Source of the DNA: Ptychomitrium polyphyllum
Lineage: Eukaryota
Assembly: GCA_973851085.1 (NCBI GenBank)
Contig: OZ316776.1
Location: 3,162,001-3,226,000 of the forward strand
Direction: 5' to 3'
Length of the DNA stretch: 64,000 nucleotides
Positions 38,204 to 53,200 of this stretch are shown in pieces. The position numbers and the translations under genes are program-made. The notes beneath the pieces are model-generated. The model did not search any database, was not told the DNA's origin, and saw only the letters and a list, made by a program, of their open reading frames with translations. Numbering within the stretch: position 1 is the stretch's first letter; the number at the start of each line of letters is the position of its first letter.

Positions 38204-41200
38204 ATGGGCATCAAGCAGGTTCATCCCTCTCACACGATTGCAATCCATCAATCCATCGATCAATTATTCACAATCCTGTGCTGCATTCACTCCCTGCCCT
38301 GTTTCCTGAGCGTCATTCTCATGTTGCATGATGTCGTTAGGGTTTGGAAGGATGCACCTAGGGTTTCATCTGGTTGCGGTGGCCTCGTTGCTTTTTTGAT
38401 TAGCCGGTCTCGTGGTTGAGGTGAGGTGATTGGAATCTGGCCTGGGAATTCAACGGTGCTCTGGAATTGGAGGATCACTTTGTAATGGTGGATTTTCTAT
38501 GGATGGTAAAGTTTATCGTTTGGAAAGTGTTGTGGTTCATGACTGTGATTCAAGGGGCTTTAGGAGCTTTGGCTTTCTTTCGGTTTGTTTTTGATTCCCT
38601 TGGATCGTCTGGATTGTTGTGACCGTCAGGATTGTTATGATTGGATTGTAATGTTGAATGTTATGTACGAGGTTTGCGGGTTGGAATGGTGTTGGAAGTT
38701 GGAGGATTGTCAATTGCGTCTGCCAGGTTGCCTGGGACGGCTATTGTGAATGTTATGTATTGAAGATTAGCTATCGTTAGTCTGAGGTGGAGGAGGATAT
38801 GACTAATTGCAGTGCTAGGGTTTAGGGTTTAGGGACTGAGGATTGGTCTTGATGCTTCGAGTTTCTTGGGTGATATATTCAACCTCTCCCTTGTGTGTCA
38901 TGATGGCTGATATGCTTTGCATGTGGCTGGTGTTGCAGAAGCCACGATTGAGTACCACCGTGCGACAATTGATCGATCCAGGGAATTACCTCGACATTGA
39001 TAAGCTGTATATTGATAGGAAACGTATTCTCGAACAAAGGCGTCATTCGAGGTGAATATCTGGTGAATGTATCATATTTGTTTTCATTCGAGAGAAATTG
39101 TTTTTTCTGACTTTTCTCAGTAGGTAATATTGATACATGAATCTTGTGTCAGTGTCATGACTAGTGGTTCGCTTTGCTGATGTTTATGCGACATAGCTGT
39201 GCATTTTTGTGTACTATAATGTTCAGTATCCATTGCCTTGGACCAGTACATGTTAAATGTAAAGTTCCACTTGGCCCAGATAATGCGTGACCTGATCATG
39301 GTGGTTTGAATGATAGGATTGGTGTTGCTGCCGTCGGCTCATCCGAGTTGGCTCGAAGACTGGTGCCCTCTTGGGACGATGGTATGAATCTGTGGTTTTA
39401 CTATGTACAATACAATTAGTGGAAAGATCTGTTTCTTTTGTTCGTATTTGTGATGACATTTTTGTTGTAGAGAAGATTTTGGATCTTATCTGAGCAATTT
39501 CAGTTGTGTCATGTTGTGTAACCTGCTGATTACTTTCTTGTTAATTTGTAGCTCCAGTGCAAATTCGTCATGCTTATGAGCAGTTCTTGGTGGCTGTTTC
39601 GGATTTATTGGATGGGGAAGTCTCTTCAGATGAATTGCAGCAATCTGCAAGTCTAATGTATGACGTGATACGCGATCTAGACATTGCAAATGCAGGGCCT
39701 GTATTCAATCAGAAAAGGTATAACCATCTGTAACGATCGAGTCGTTCAGCCCTCTTTTGAGTTTACTGGCTAGGTAACTAGTTTTGGTCACTTTTGATGT
39801 CAGGAAAGTTCTGCTTGTTGACTCACGTGAATTACTGGCTGCAGAGAAAAGCTAGCAAACATCTTTGGTCGAACTTTCCCCAATGATCGATTATCAAAAG
39901 CTGCAGGTTTGGCCCATCAGATTCACGCCTGGCGTCTGGGTTTAAATCAAAAAGAGAAGTCAGGCAGCAAGGAATTTGGAAGTATTCCGGATGAATTCGG
40001 TTCAAACCTGAGCTTCCAGGTGCCGTCTGCCAGGCCGAATGACTTTGAGTATGACAGCGATGATAACGAAGATGCTTGGGAGGATTTTGGGATTTCTTCC
40101 AGCGTGGCAGACAATGCAACATCTGCTTCAAATGCATCTGCCGTGTTTGATCAAACTGATGGGGGAGTCTACAAGACTTCTAAAGAAGAGTGGCAGTCTC
40201 CTACAAGTGATGGAGTGGGAGGGATTACCTTACGATGGTTTTACAAAGCGTGTGAGCAAGCAGGCCAATTTTCAGGGACTGACATGGCCATGGCCCTCTA
40301 CCACGTTCTTGATTCTGATCGGTCTGGGGATGAGGTGAGAGTTGCGAATATACAATGTAGAAAAACAAGTCTTTTCTTATAAAGATAGAGGTGAAGGGTG
40401 CGCTTTCTACACAACAGTACTATGAATCTTTATATGCTCTATTGTACAATTGCACTCTGGAGTATGGTACCAAGTCCTTTCAATTTCTCATCTTGTTTAG
40501 AATTTAGATCGTTGTTAACCTTACGCGTGGCTGCCTTTTGGATTGAAGATTGCAGGAGAGGTATTTGATCTTATTGGGGATGGTGGATTTGAGCTAATTC
40601 AGGAATTATTAAAGGTACTTCCTCCTTTGTAAAGTTGCAAACTTATATGAATAATCAGTACAGATTATACTAACCGGGTTTAATAGATTCTTGATGAGGC
40701 GATCGCTTGTTTTTGTGGTTTTGCATTACTGTTAATTTGCCTGTGGCTCATGTGACTAAATAGATTTAATTCTTAAGTCTATGGTTATGGATTTATCAAG
40801 ATTCGAATTTTATCTAAATTTTCTCCTGTAATCACTACCGCAATTGTGCAGCATCGCAAGGAGCTTGTGGAGCTTGTACATAAAGCCATTTCTATCCTCA
40901 AGTCAGACAAAGCTGGCCCTGGTCCTCAATCGCGGATGCCCAGCTATGGCACACAGGTTTTTATTTTAAAATATTTATTTGAGTTATCTAATCTTCTATA
41001 CTTAGTGTGAGCGATTTGGGTAATATATCAGCAGAAGAGACAAAATACTGTTAATGGACTTCTGCGTTCCTTTTTTTCTTCTTTCTTACTTTTGGCTTTT
41101 TACAAAATAATCATTTAGTATCACACGGGTTGAACCTGGAATTTTTGGACTAACAGGTTAGTGTCACGTCCGGTCTTGACAAACAACTGGACAAGCTCCG

Positions 41201-44200
41201 CAGGAAGGAAGAGAAGAAGCAAGCTAAACGAGTCGCCAGTGGAGACGGTGATGCAGAACTCGACTGGCTAGCAGGATTAGGGGGTTTTTATGCTTTGGTT
41301 GAAGCCAGTGAGAAAGGCAGTGGTGTGATTGACAGCATGGTTGGTAAAGGGGATGATCCGCTGTTGACTGGAACAACTCTACCACAAGGTTCAATTCGGA
41401 AGGTTTTTAAGAGTTATGAGGAAGTACGAGTTCCAGCGACTCCTACTGCTGCATTAAAGCCTAATGAGAAGCTGGTAAGGAGGAGCACCTCTTAAACCTT
41501 ATCATTAAGTTTGTGATTTTCCACATTAGATGTGTTCGCTATTTCGGGGACTGAAGGTTATACATGTTGAACTTTTAAATTTTTGATTGATCAGATCAAA
41601 ATAACAGAATTGCCAGATTTCGCACAACTTGCATTTGAAGGATACAAGACACTCAATCGCATACAAAGTCGCATCTTTCCTAGAGCCTACAATAGTAATG
41701 AGAATTTACTTGTAAGTATGCTCGATTTCAACATTGATTGTTGCAGTTGAAACCTTATTTTGATGCTTGAATCAGTGAAATGATTCACTTTTATGCTTAT
41801 TCAGTTACCATGGCTCCTCATGTGGTTTTAAGCATCAGCATGCCTTTTAAATGGACAAGCAGATGGTACTTTCTAATCTTTGTTTGGAATAGGTTTGTGC
41901 TCCAACTGGTGCTGGTAAAACAAATATTGCCATGATCGCAGTACTTCACGAGGTATGTCTACTGGACTTATCTGAGAGGTAATATGAATTGTTTCCCACT
42001 TCGCAACTGATCTTTTCCAGGTGTGGAATCGTTAAGCTATCTCTAATTTTGCCGACCTTCACCGTCTCGTTTTGTTGGACTAATTTTGTGGATTGTGGCA
42101 TACAGATACGACAGAATCTAAAGTTTGGAGTGCTACAGAAACATGATTTCAAGATTGTTTATGTAGCTCCTATGAAGGTACATCATGGTATTTTAAGAGA
42201 AAAGTTATATAAACATATATTGTTATGTTATGGGCTTTCTTGTCTCTAAAATATAGGATTGATGATTGATGGATATATGAGATGACTGGCTATCTCTATC
42301 TCTAGAGCTCGATCAGGGACTGAGTGAGTATAATAATTCTTGCCTACGACATTGAATGTGAAGTTGGTTATTGCCTTTACATTGAGCGCAGGCACTTGCA
42401 GCTGAGATGACACAAGCATTCAGTCGCAGGCTAGCATCCTTAGGTGTCGTAGTGAAAGAGTTAACTGGGGACATGCAATTAACTAAACGCGAGCTTGAAG
42501 AAACGCAGGTGAAGTAACGGGCCCTTCTTGAGTGTCTGTTTACGTATGATGATGTTTTATTTTTGTTTCACTTCAAAAATAAATCTTTGGCCTATTGTAG
42601 CGTGTTTGTTTTCAAGTCGCTTAAATGTGTTTTGTTCTTGTTACTTGCGCTTCTTATCTTAGAGTGTTATTTTAGTTGGTCTTAACGACAAGAATGAGTT
42701 GCCTCATGTGAGCGTAGTTTTCTTTGCAACTCAAGCAAATTCTGTTATTTAATTTTTCAAAAACCTGAAGGAGTACCTAACGAGATATTGGGGGCGTTAA
42801 CAGATGATTGTGACAACACCAGAGAAGTGGGATGTCATCACCCGTAAGAGTAGCGATATGGCGCTGGCTACTCTAGTGAAGCTGCTGATTATTGACGAGG
42901 TCCATCTGCTTAATGATGACCGTGGTCCTGTAATTGAAACACTTGTGGCTCGAACTCTTCGCCAGGTATGATTACAATGATGAAGTCCATCCATTTTAAT
43001 GCTGTCAAAATTGCTGCTAGAGATTTTAACCATCGCATTGTTCCCTTGACGATGATATTGTTTTTTGGAGTCATAAAAATTCATGAGTCATGTGGACCAA
43101 AATACGTCATATGAGCATCTCATGAATTGGTGGATTCCATTCTTTTAATCTATTTATGGTCAAACTTACATGTACGATTAGCCGGCAAGGAGATGACCAT
43201 ATATGTCTTTTGTAACAGTAGTACTGTTTGTCATCCTGAATTGTGTAAATACGATCTGTTTTAACAAAGCAAGGAAAGCAGCATAGAAAATTTTAACGAA
43301 TGTTGTGCAGCTCAGCTGAAAGTTGCGTCCTTTCATATTCTGCAGGTGGAAACAACGCAAAGCATGATTCGTATTGTTGGACTTTCTGCTACCCTTCCCA
43401 ATTACTTGGAGGTGTGATGCTTATGCTATTGGGTCTCAACTTTCATCTTGATATGTCTATCGCTTGAATGTCACAAGTCTTGCTCTTTATTTGACGTTTG
43501 GATGCTATGAAAGAGATCTATTTATGTTCTGTTTATTGACGTGAGTAGGCATTTCTTGTTAAGTTGAGAAAACTCATTAAAATATCTTTATAATACATCA
43601 ATTTTGAACCTTTGTTTAAATCCTGCAGGTAGCACAGTTTTTGAGGGTTAATGCGGAAACAGGGCTTTTCTACTTTGACGCAAGCTACCGGCCAGTACCA
43701 CTTTCTCAACAATATATTGGTATCACGGAGCAGAACTTTGTCCTTCGTAATCAGCTCATGAATGAAGTCTGCTATGGCAAGGTAAGGCATTACTCTGAAA
43801 ATTCATGTTTGTGGTATCTCTTTTATTTTGTTGATGTTAGCCTCACTCTGAAAGTTTTTATTTACGTATCAGTTTTAATTAATTTAATTAATTTAGTTTT
43901 TATTTTCAACGGTGTTGTTGAAGAGTTTCGGGGGCATATCACAGCGCTTCTGATCCATTTTCGCAGTCACTGAAGTATGGTAAATATGAGCCTGGACAAT
44001 GATCCGGACACTCCTGGACTGTGAGCCGGTGCTTGACTGTGTGCACACTTTTGAACCACCCCAAAACTCGTTAAGCAGTTTGCAGATACTAGTAAGAAGA
44101 AAATAACTCTGCTGTATGCGCTACTTATTGTAGGTATTAGAGGCTGTCAAGCGTGGGCAACAAGCAATGGTTTTTGTTCATTCAAGAAAAGACACAGTGA

Positions 44201-47200
44201 AGTCAGCCCGCAATCTGGTACTGTAATACTTCTGTGATTGTACATTCTTCTGCCTAAATATCCTACCAGTCATCCAGTATTATTCATACTGCATTTTGGT
44301 GTGGCAATTACCATCTTCACGCCAAAACGTGATGACATCAAACCTGATGAGTATACTCAAGGGCTGGGGTATCGTATGTTTGTGTATATATGAATAAAAT
44401 ATTGTAGTTTGTGTTTCTAATGCTGCTCCTAACCTCCTGCAGGTGGAAATAGCACAACGCAACGATCACTTGGGACAATTTACAGATGTCACTGAGATTC
44501 CACTGTATGGGATGCTGAAGGTACGCATTTATTTTGGCAGTTGTTGAGGGCTTAGGTTATAATACTGCTATTATTTTGATCTTATTTGTCATATTTCTAA
44601 ATCTTTTCATCGCTGCGTTTTTTTTTAAGTGCTAAATTTTGCTAAATTAAACCGATTAAAATGCAGTCATGAACAGCGTTGTCATCTACTGCTGGATCGA
44701 GATGGGAGGGAAACATTTTGGATTCGAGTTTAAATCTTTTTTGCCTTGAGATGTCGAACAGAAGGAGGTGTCAAAGTCAAGAAATCGTGAGTTAGGAGAG
44801 CTCTTTCAATCGGGGTTTGGCGTCCATCATGCTGGCATGTTAAGGTCGGATCGAAATCTTACTGAACGGCTTTTTTCAGCGGGATTAATCAAGGTATCGT
44901 CTAGTCTGATAGCCTATCTGGCCCCTTCTTGACCCCGTTCTGCTTGGTTTTATACTACTTCTTAAGATCTGTAATATGAAATGTTCCATTGCATCTCAAA
45001 GGCATGAAGTGAAAATTTTAAACAATTAATGAATTCTTTGAGCAAGCACTAAATTGATCAGTACGGTAATTGACATCATGTGGTAAGCTGTGCTATGGTA
45101 AATTTGAACGATGCTGTCTTGGTCTTATTGTCACGTCATTCCAGTAGCGAAAGCTGGTGGAGATGTAATTGTATTGATGAAATTTACATGTTCTGTGTGC
45201 AGCTGAAGCCACCTTTTCAGTTTGAAGGATTTAACTGAGGTTTTAACATATTTTTTTGCAGATATTGGTTTGCACAGCTACCCTTGCATGGGGAGTGAAT
45301 CTTCCAGCGCATATGGTTGTAATTAAGGTCAGCTCTTTGTCCATCTTTCTTGTGTTGCTCATATGCTGATAAGTATGAGAATTCATGAGGTGCTAACCTT
45401 ATTTCACCTTATTAGAATGCACTATTTGATAAATTGCATGACGTGAACCACTTTCCTGATATTTAGTCGTCTTGATTTTACAGGGAACACAGCTCTATGA
45501 TCCAAAAGCTGGTGGTTGGCGGGAACTTGGCATGCTAGATGTTATGCAGGTGATGATCTCACCGTGCTCATGTTTGGAAAAGGTGGCTCGCTATTGGATA
45601 CTTGTGGACTATGTCTTGACTAGTATGTTAGGGAATGATGATTTATTTGGTTAATAATTCAATCTTCCAGCATGTATTGTGTCTGCATATTTGTTGTTAG
45701 TTCTAGCATATGTTTAATATGTGTGTGTATTTCTGTGCACAAGGGTTGATCTAGAATGAAACACCCTTCTCGTAATCTTAGAGGGTTTCTGATTCGCATG
45801 TGAATTTTAGCTAATTTGGAATTTTGTGACAGATATTCGGACGAGCAGGGCGACCACAGTTTGATACCAGTGGTGAAGGCATTATTATCACAACTCACAA
45901 CAAACTCTCTCACTACCTTCGACTTCTTACTCACCAGTTGCCGATTGAGAGTCAGGTGTGTGTCCTTTGAAGTCTGAGTTATTGTCAAGTGAGATGTTAG
46001 TATCAAGTCTATTCTCCTGTGTTCTGGAAGGTGAATAAGTGAGTACAAGGAAAGCTCATTGCAAAAACTGCAGAATAACGTCAGCAAGTCGTGTTTTGAA
46101 TATTCTTTTAGTGAGTGAATTGTGCTGCTGACTATTTTTATCCTTCTCACAGAGTACATGGTGCACTCTTTTTTTTTGCAGTTTGTAACTTCCTTGAAAG
46201 ATAATTTGAACGCAGAAGTGGTATTAGGGACTGTGACCAATGTTAAGGAAGCCAGCACTTGGCTGGGGTATACATATCTGTTTGTTCGCATGTTGAAGAA
46301 TCCCCTTGTGTATGGCATGACCTGGGAAGAGGTGTGCATCTATACTAGCGACAATATTTTAAACCCGCTTCATGTTCTTGTCCTTGTGTTTTGCGTTAAT
46401 GTGTATTGTAGGCTATTTTCGACAACTTGAAACTTTCATTCGGAAGATCTGATAGTGTCTGACTAAGGCTACTGTGTACTTTTAATAACGTAATATCTGC
46501 AGGCTGTGATCGACCCTGGGCTTATAGCAAAACGTAAAGCGCTTATTACAGATGCTGCACGTGAACTTGACAAGGCGAAAATGATGCGATTTGATGAGAA
46601 AAGTGGCAACCTGTATGTAACCGATCTTGGGCGGGTTGCCAGCCACTTCTACATACGATATGTTAGTGTGGAGACATACAATGAGATGCTTAAGCGCCAT
46701 ATGAATGAAGCTGAGGTGGAATATTTCTTCTGCATAACGGTTGCACCCATGGTGTCTTGTCCTTGTCTGGTGACGCATCAATGCTATATAGTGTATTTTG
46801 TAGCTACATTGCAGGTAGTGCCCAAGTGTAAGTGTGAAAATTTTCGCCCTATTGAGATTTTGTTGTGATCCTTAGCTGACCCATGTATAATTGCCGTGAT
46901 GGGTGCAGTTAATCCACATGATTGCTCATTCTTCTGAGTTTGAGAATATTATGGTAAGAGAAGAGGAGCAACAAGAATTGTCACAGCTTGTTAGGCGTTA
47001 TTGCCCTTTTGAGGTCAAAGGGGGCCCTGAAGATAAATTTGGGAAAATCAACATCCTCATCCAGGTTTTCCCTAGTTCTGAGTTTAAACTGTGTGCTTTC
47101 GTGTGTTGCCTATGTGTGGTTTTTGCACGTGTTCAAGCAAGCCATGTTTAAAAGTTCTTCTTTGAAAGTCTAAGACTAAGTTTGCACCAGGTATACCTGT

Positions 47201-50200
47201 CTCGAGGGTTTCTGGATGGGTTTTCCCTTGTGGCGGACAGCTCATACATCAATGCGAGTTTAGGCCGTATCATGCGAGCTTTGTTTGAAATATGTTTACG
47301 ACGAAGCTGGGTGACTATGGCAGCACTTCTCTTGGAATACTGCAAGGCAGTTGATCGACGAGTCTGGCCTCATCAGCATCCACTTCGTCAATTTGATACG
47401 ATTCTATCCCAAGATGTAAGATCCGTCCAGAATGTTATTCAGATCTTCGGAGTTTCTGAAAGAAGTTCTATCTGGTTGGTATGGACAATTGCGTTTCTAA
47501 TTTAAAGGTGATGCTATTGTTTCAAATAGATATTGCACAAGCTGGAAGATAGAGATGCATCAATGGAGCGGTTGTACGATATGGATGATAAGGAAATTGG
47601 AGCTATGATTCGGCATCCACATGGCGGAAAGGTGTATAGTGTGGCCTTTTATACATAACCGTTAAAACGTTTCTGATTTCCGATTCTGAGTTTTGCCTGG
47701 CATCAGAAACAATGCCGCCGAGTCTGGATTGTTGACCATCTGACCTTTCTTGACTCTTGCTATGCAGCAGCATGTCACGTTGCGTTCGGGTTTATTTTCG
47801 TTATGTTTTTAATGCTTTAATTGCGAGTGGGCTACAACTAATGTGATATTTTTGTTGCAGCTGGTCGTGCAATGTTTAGAGTACTTTCCGCGGGTTCATC
47901 TTTCTGCCAATATCAGCCCTATTACGCGGACTGTACTCCAGGTAATGCTTTCTCTTATGAGTGTGTTTTTCTACTAGCAAAGAAATGTGCGAGTTGAACA
48001 CAATTAGCAGATTTTGTCAACCTTTTATTACTGAAACTTATTTCTTTGGATGCAGGTTGCGTTGACTATCACTCCGGATTTTGTGTGGAAAGAAAAAATT
48101 CACGGTTCGTCTGAACGCTGGTGGATATGGGTTGAGGTCAGTAAGCTCTAAAATGAATCCCCTCCGTGCCCCTGAGATGTTGCTAAACTTTGTGTGTTCT
48201 CATAACCTCGTTGGAAGTAGAAACCTTCCTGACGATTGAGGTGGTGGATGCTAAACAGGATTCTGACAATGAGCACATTTATCATTCAGAGCTCTTTATC
48301 ATGAACAGAAAAATGATCGCTGAGGGTAGACAGATTCTCACCTTCACAATCCCTATATTTGAACCCCTACCAAGCCAGTATTACATCCGCGCAGTTTCAG
48401 ACACGTGGATTCAAGCTGAAGCTCTTCATACAGTTTCCTTTCAGCATCTTATTCTACCAGAGGTAAAGTCTTAGTCAATATTTCGTCACTGATGTAGTAG
48501 AAGGTTGATCAATCTCAGAGTTTGGGTACAATGAATCTAACTCGTATGAGTTTGGATGACTTAGATTCATTGCTTATCTATTCTTTGCATGCTTTTATAG
48601 TGGATCCTTGAAACTCTGAAGTTAAATGCTCGTTGTGATGATGAGCAGCAACATCCCCCACATACGGAGTTGCTGGACTTAAGGCCTCTTCCTCTGGCGG
48701 CACTCGGCAATAAATCTTATGAGCAACTTTATAGCTTCAGTCATTTTAATCCCATCCAGACCCAGGTTTGACCCTTGTAAACTTAGAAACTTTCAGAAAA
48801 TGTTATGTTCGTATTATCGTCTTTTGGCTTTAATCATCAAACTACGTCGGGGGATTTCAGAAGTAGCCTTTTCAGAACTGGGAGTTGCTGTTCATAGGTG
48901 AACAAATAACACAATTATCTTTGTTACCAAAAGCATTGGGGAACAATCTGGGATTGCTGATCCAAGAAGTCATAAATAAAATGCTATGTCATCACTGTTA
49001 GTTTCATGATCTTTGCATCCACAGTATTTTTCTAATAAAGTTATACAGTGTCCGCCACGAAATTTATTGCAAGGCGCTGTGATTTGTTTTAATGGAATGA
49101 CAAAGACGTACTGCAACATAATTGCTGAATAATAATGCATGAGTATAAAGTTTTCATTGGCCCTATCATTACTCGAGCTGATTATCTTAAATTTAAGTTT
49201 AATGTTTGTGGAGCTAAATGTGCCCAATTGTTGTGCAGGCCTTTCACACGCTCTACCACACGGACAATAATGTTCTTCTGGGAGCTCCAACAGGCAGTGG
49301 AAAGACTATCTCTGCAGAGCTAGCCATTATGCGGCTTTTCAATACCCAACCTGATATGAAGGTACCGCAGCTTTTACAGACTTTTTTTGCTTTTAAACTT
49401 CAGGATGGCGTCATAACGTGATTGCTGATACCATCCTGTTTACGCAGACTTGTAACAAGAAACTGCTGAAGTTTACGAATCTTGTCTTTCACGTTCTAAC
49501 TGTTGAAGGAAATAACATCAATGTCGTAATTGCGTTTGCTCCGCTCCCTCTTTTGTGGATCTAAGTCGTGTTCCTGTGATGTGATAGGTCATCTATATTG
49601 CTCCGCTTAAGGCACTTGTACGAGAGAGGATGGGCGGCTGGGGAAAAGGCCTGGCGCCCTCTCTTAACAAGAAGTTGGTAAGGAAATTTATTTATAGGAC
49701 AAATTGACGAAAGGCATCCACTAGGGCGATCTCTAAGAAGCTAAAAATCTGATGACATGTGTAATTGTTTGTCATTTATCAGGATCGTCGATAATTTTGT
49801 CAACAACCAGTCAACAATTTATACATTTAATGAAATGATAGAAAGAACCTGATGCATTTACCACATCAAGCAGACCACACAAGCTGATGGTTGAATGGAA
49901 TCGAAAACGCTTTATTGTTGTGTAGGTGGAGTTGACTGGAGACTTTACACCTGATATGAGGGCCCTGCTCGCAGCTGATATTATCATCTCAACACCTGAG
50001 AAGTGGGATGGTATCAGTCGGAATTGGCACAATCGCAGTTATGTTACAAAGGTTTGTACAAATGATTTGTTGGAACTAACTTATCTGTTTTGGTATAGGA
50101 TTAGTCTTATTCCTTGTAATGGCCTTTCTGTTTCGGCATGTTCGTTTTTGAGGTGATTTTCTTGGCTAACCTTTATTGCTATCGTCATGAAATACTAGGT

Positions 50201-53200
50201 GGGATTGATGGTGATAGATGAGATTCACCTTCTTGGAGCTGATCGTGGACCCATTCTAGAGGTGAGTCTGCTAGCAGAATTTCATGGCATGCATCTGGTA
50301 CGAAAGTGATATTTTTTGTAGGCGTTCGTATACATGTATTGTTTCCTGTAATGATTCTCTCTCCATGCTATACATGGCTCTCAAAGACTCACTTTCTTTG
50401 GTATGACATGCTGTTGATAGGTAATTGTTTCCCGTATGAGATACATATCTTCTCAGACAGGTGCTCCTGTTCGCTTCATCGGATTATCCACAGCACTTGC
50501 CAATGCTCGGTAAAAGTTTTTCCTTGTCTGATAGCATTAAGGTGCAATGAGATTTTTCAAGGGCTTAGTTGGATCACCTAAACTCTTGTTTAGATGTTCT
50601 TATGTGCAACACGCTTCGTATCGTACATGCAGGGACTTGGCAAACTGGCTAGGAATTGATGAGGTTGGATTATATAATTTTAAACCCAGCGTTCGTCCTG
50701 TGCCACTTGAAGTGCACATTCAGGTATTTTATGTTAATAGGTGGTTTAGTATGATGTGTCCTAGTCTCTCAATCCCAAATTTTAGTGTTGGTGACTTTAT
50801 TGACTTTTATAACGAGCTTCTGCTTTCTCAAGCTCTGGGCTTGCTTCTTCCTTTGAGTTCTTGGTCATGGCATCAGTGCTCACTAGATCGATTTTTAGTG
50901 TCGCAAGATATCCAAACTCAAAATAGCTTCTTATTTTGTTGTTCTGGTTTCCAATGGATTTTCATCGGTATTAAAGAACTAGTGTATTCTCGTAGATCTT
51001 TCTAGATTCATCTTGTGATCACTTGTTATTTTCATTTGTGTCCATGGCACTGAGATAGTCTGGAAAACTTGTAAACAGCTTATGGATTCCGCTCGAGTTG
51101 ATTAAGTATTGTGCTTGGACAGGGTTACCCTGGTAAGTTCTATTGCCCAAGAATGAATAGCATGAACAAGCCAGCATACGCAGCCATAACAACCCATTCT
51201 CCTTTCAAGCCGGTGCTTATATTTGTGTCATCTCGACGTCAAACTCGCCTGACAGCGCTGGACCTGATTCAGGTATCTTCCTTGCCTCTGTTGCATTAGC
51301 TCATCAATTGTTGTATTGTAACATCGTCAGGATCATAAGTGCTTCGTTTAGTCTACTCTATCCTAACTTCAACTCTTTAGGTTTTTTTCCCAATCGTCCA
51401 GGTTCTTTTAGTGCATTTTTATTGAAACCGAATTGGAACAATTAGCTTCTTGTTGTGTTCAAGGTATATGTTTAATACCGACTTAACACATTGTCATCAT
51501 CTGGAATGCAGTATGCCTCAGCTGATGAACGGCCGCGACAGTTTTTGAAACTGACAGAGATTGAGATGGCCATGGTTGTGTCACAAGTAATGGATGAAAA
51601 TCTGAAGCACACTCTGCAGTTTGGTATCGGACTTCATCATGCTGGTTTGAATGACCGCGATCGGTCCCTAGTTGAGGAACTGTTTACCAACATTAAGATT
51701 CAGGTATTTTTGTTCGTATCCTAATATCAGGACTGAACTCGTCTAGTCCGTTTTGACGCTCTCACCAATCTGATCCCTCAGGGAGCAATGTTGAATATAC
51801 TTTGTCCTTCCCCGTCTCTTATGCTTAAACACCATCTATGTGTTATTGTGTTAAAAAATTGCATCAAAAATTGCATTAAAAATTTGTATTTTTTCTTTAG
51901 ATTGCATTAACGTCCGCATCTTTGTCCTCTGTTTTGTTGCATTTTTTAATCAGACCAAATTTTACAGGATATCCCATATGCCCGGATATGATAAAATGCT
52001 ATAATTTTGGTCTGTATTTCCTTTTTTGTCCTCAATAGCTTTTGCTGCTTGCACGACCCCTGGTTATTAAGCGTTCATCTATATTTTCTTGGTGGTGCAG
52101 ATATTAGTTTGTACAAGCACACTAGCCTGGGGTGTTAATCTCCCAGCTCATCTTGTCATTATAAAGGTGCAACCTTCGCACATATTGATCTGATGACTTG
52201 ATTGTTCGATACTAGATCTCTTGTTAAATGTTGTTCCTGTTATGGTCACTTTTTTGATGTGGGCATGTAGTTCTGACGAGTATCATCTAGATCCTTTATG
52301 TGGTAGTTAGTAACCTAATTATAATGGTCTGGTTAGAGCAACCCAATTAGCTGAATATCCTGCATAGACGCGTCCTAAGAATTGGTTCATGGCTTTTGAC
52401 AGGGCACTGAGTTCTTCGATGGCAAGACCAAGCGCTATATAGACTTCCCTATTACGGATGTTCTGCAGATGATGGGGCGTGCTGGTCGACCTCAATTTGA
52501 CCAGCATGGGAAAGCGGTGATCTTAGTTCATGATCCCAAGAAGAGTTTCTATAAGAAGGTACGACATCTATATCTTTAACCATGGGGTATGCATTTCTAA
52601 ATTGTTTCTGTAGTCAAGCAGTGGGTAGAAACTGCTGTCATCTAGTTAATATACTAACCCTGTGGTTTCTACACAGTTTCTGTATGAACCTTTTCCAGTT
52701 GAAAGCATGCTTACACAACATCTTCATGACCACTTTAATGCTGAGGTGGTGGCTGGTACAATATCAAGCAAGCAAGATGCTATTGATTATTTGACCTGGA
52801 CATACCTTTTCCGTCGCCTGGTGAGTTGATCTATCATTCTATTTGGACATAACCTCAACTTTTCATTGACTGTTTGCACTTTGCTACTTTGATAGCTCCA
52901 ACAATCAAAGCGACAATGTGAATTGGACACGTGAATGGTCCTAATTGATTATGGATACTTACATTTGAATTAATATATCAGCTCTAATTTCATTATTTTT
53001 GTGAGACGTAATGTCCTGTTCTTCTGATACATTTCAGGTTATGAACCCAAGTTTTTACGACCTTGAGGACACCAGCAGCGCTTCTATCAATGCATACCTA
53101 TCCAAGTACAAGACCTGATTCTCTTAGAGGCCGTTGCTACGTTTTAAATTGCACTTGGTCATTGTTTGTTCCTACTCAAAGAAAACAGTTGACGCTGTAT

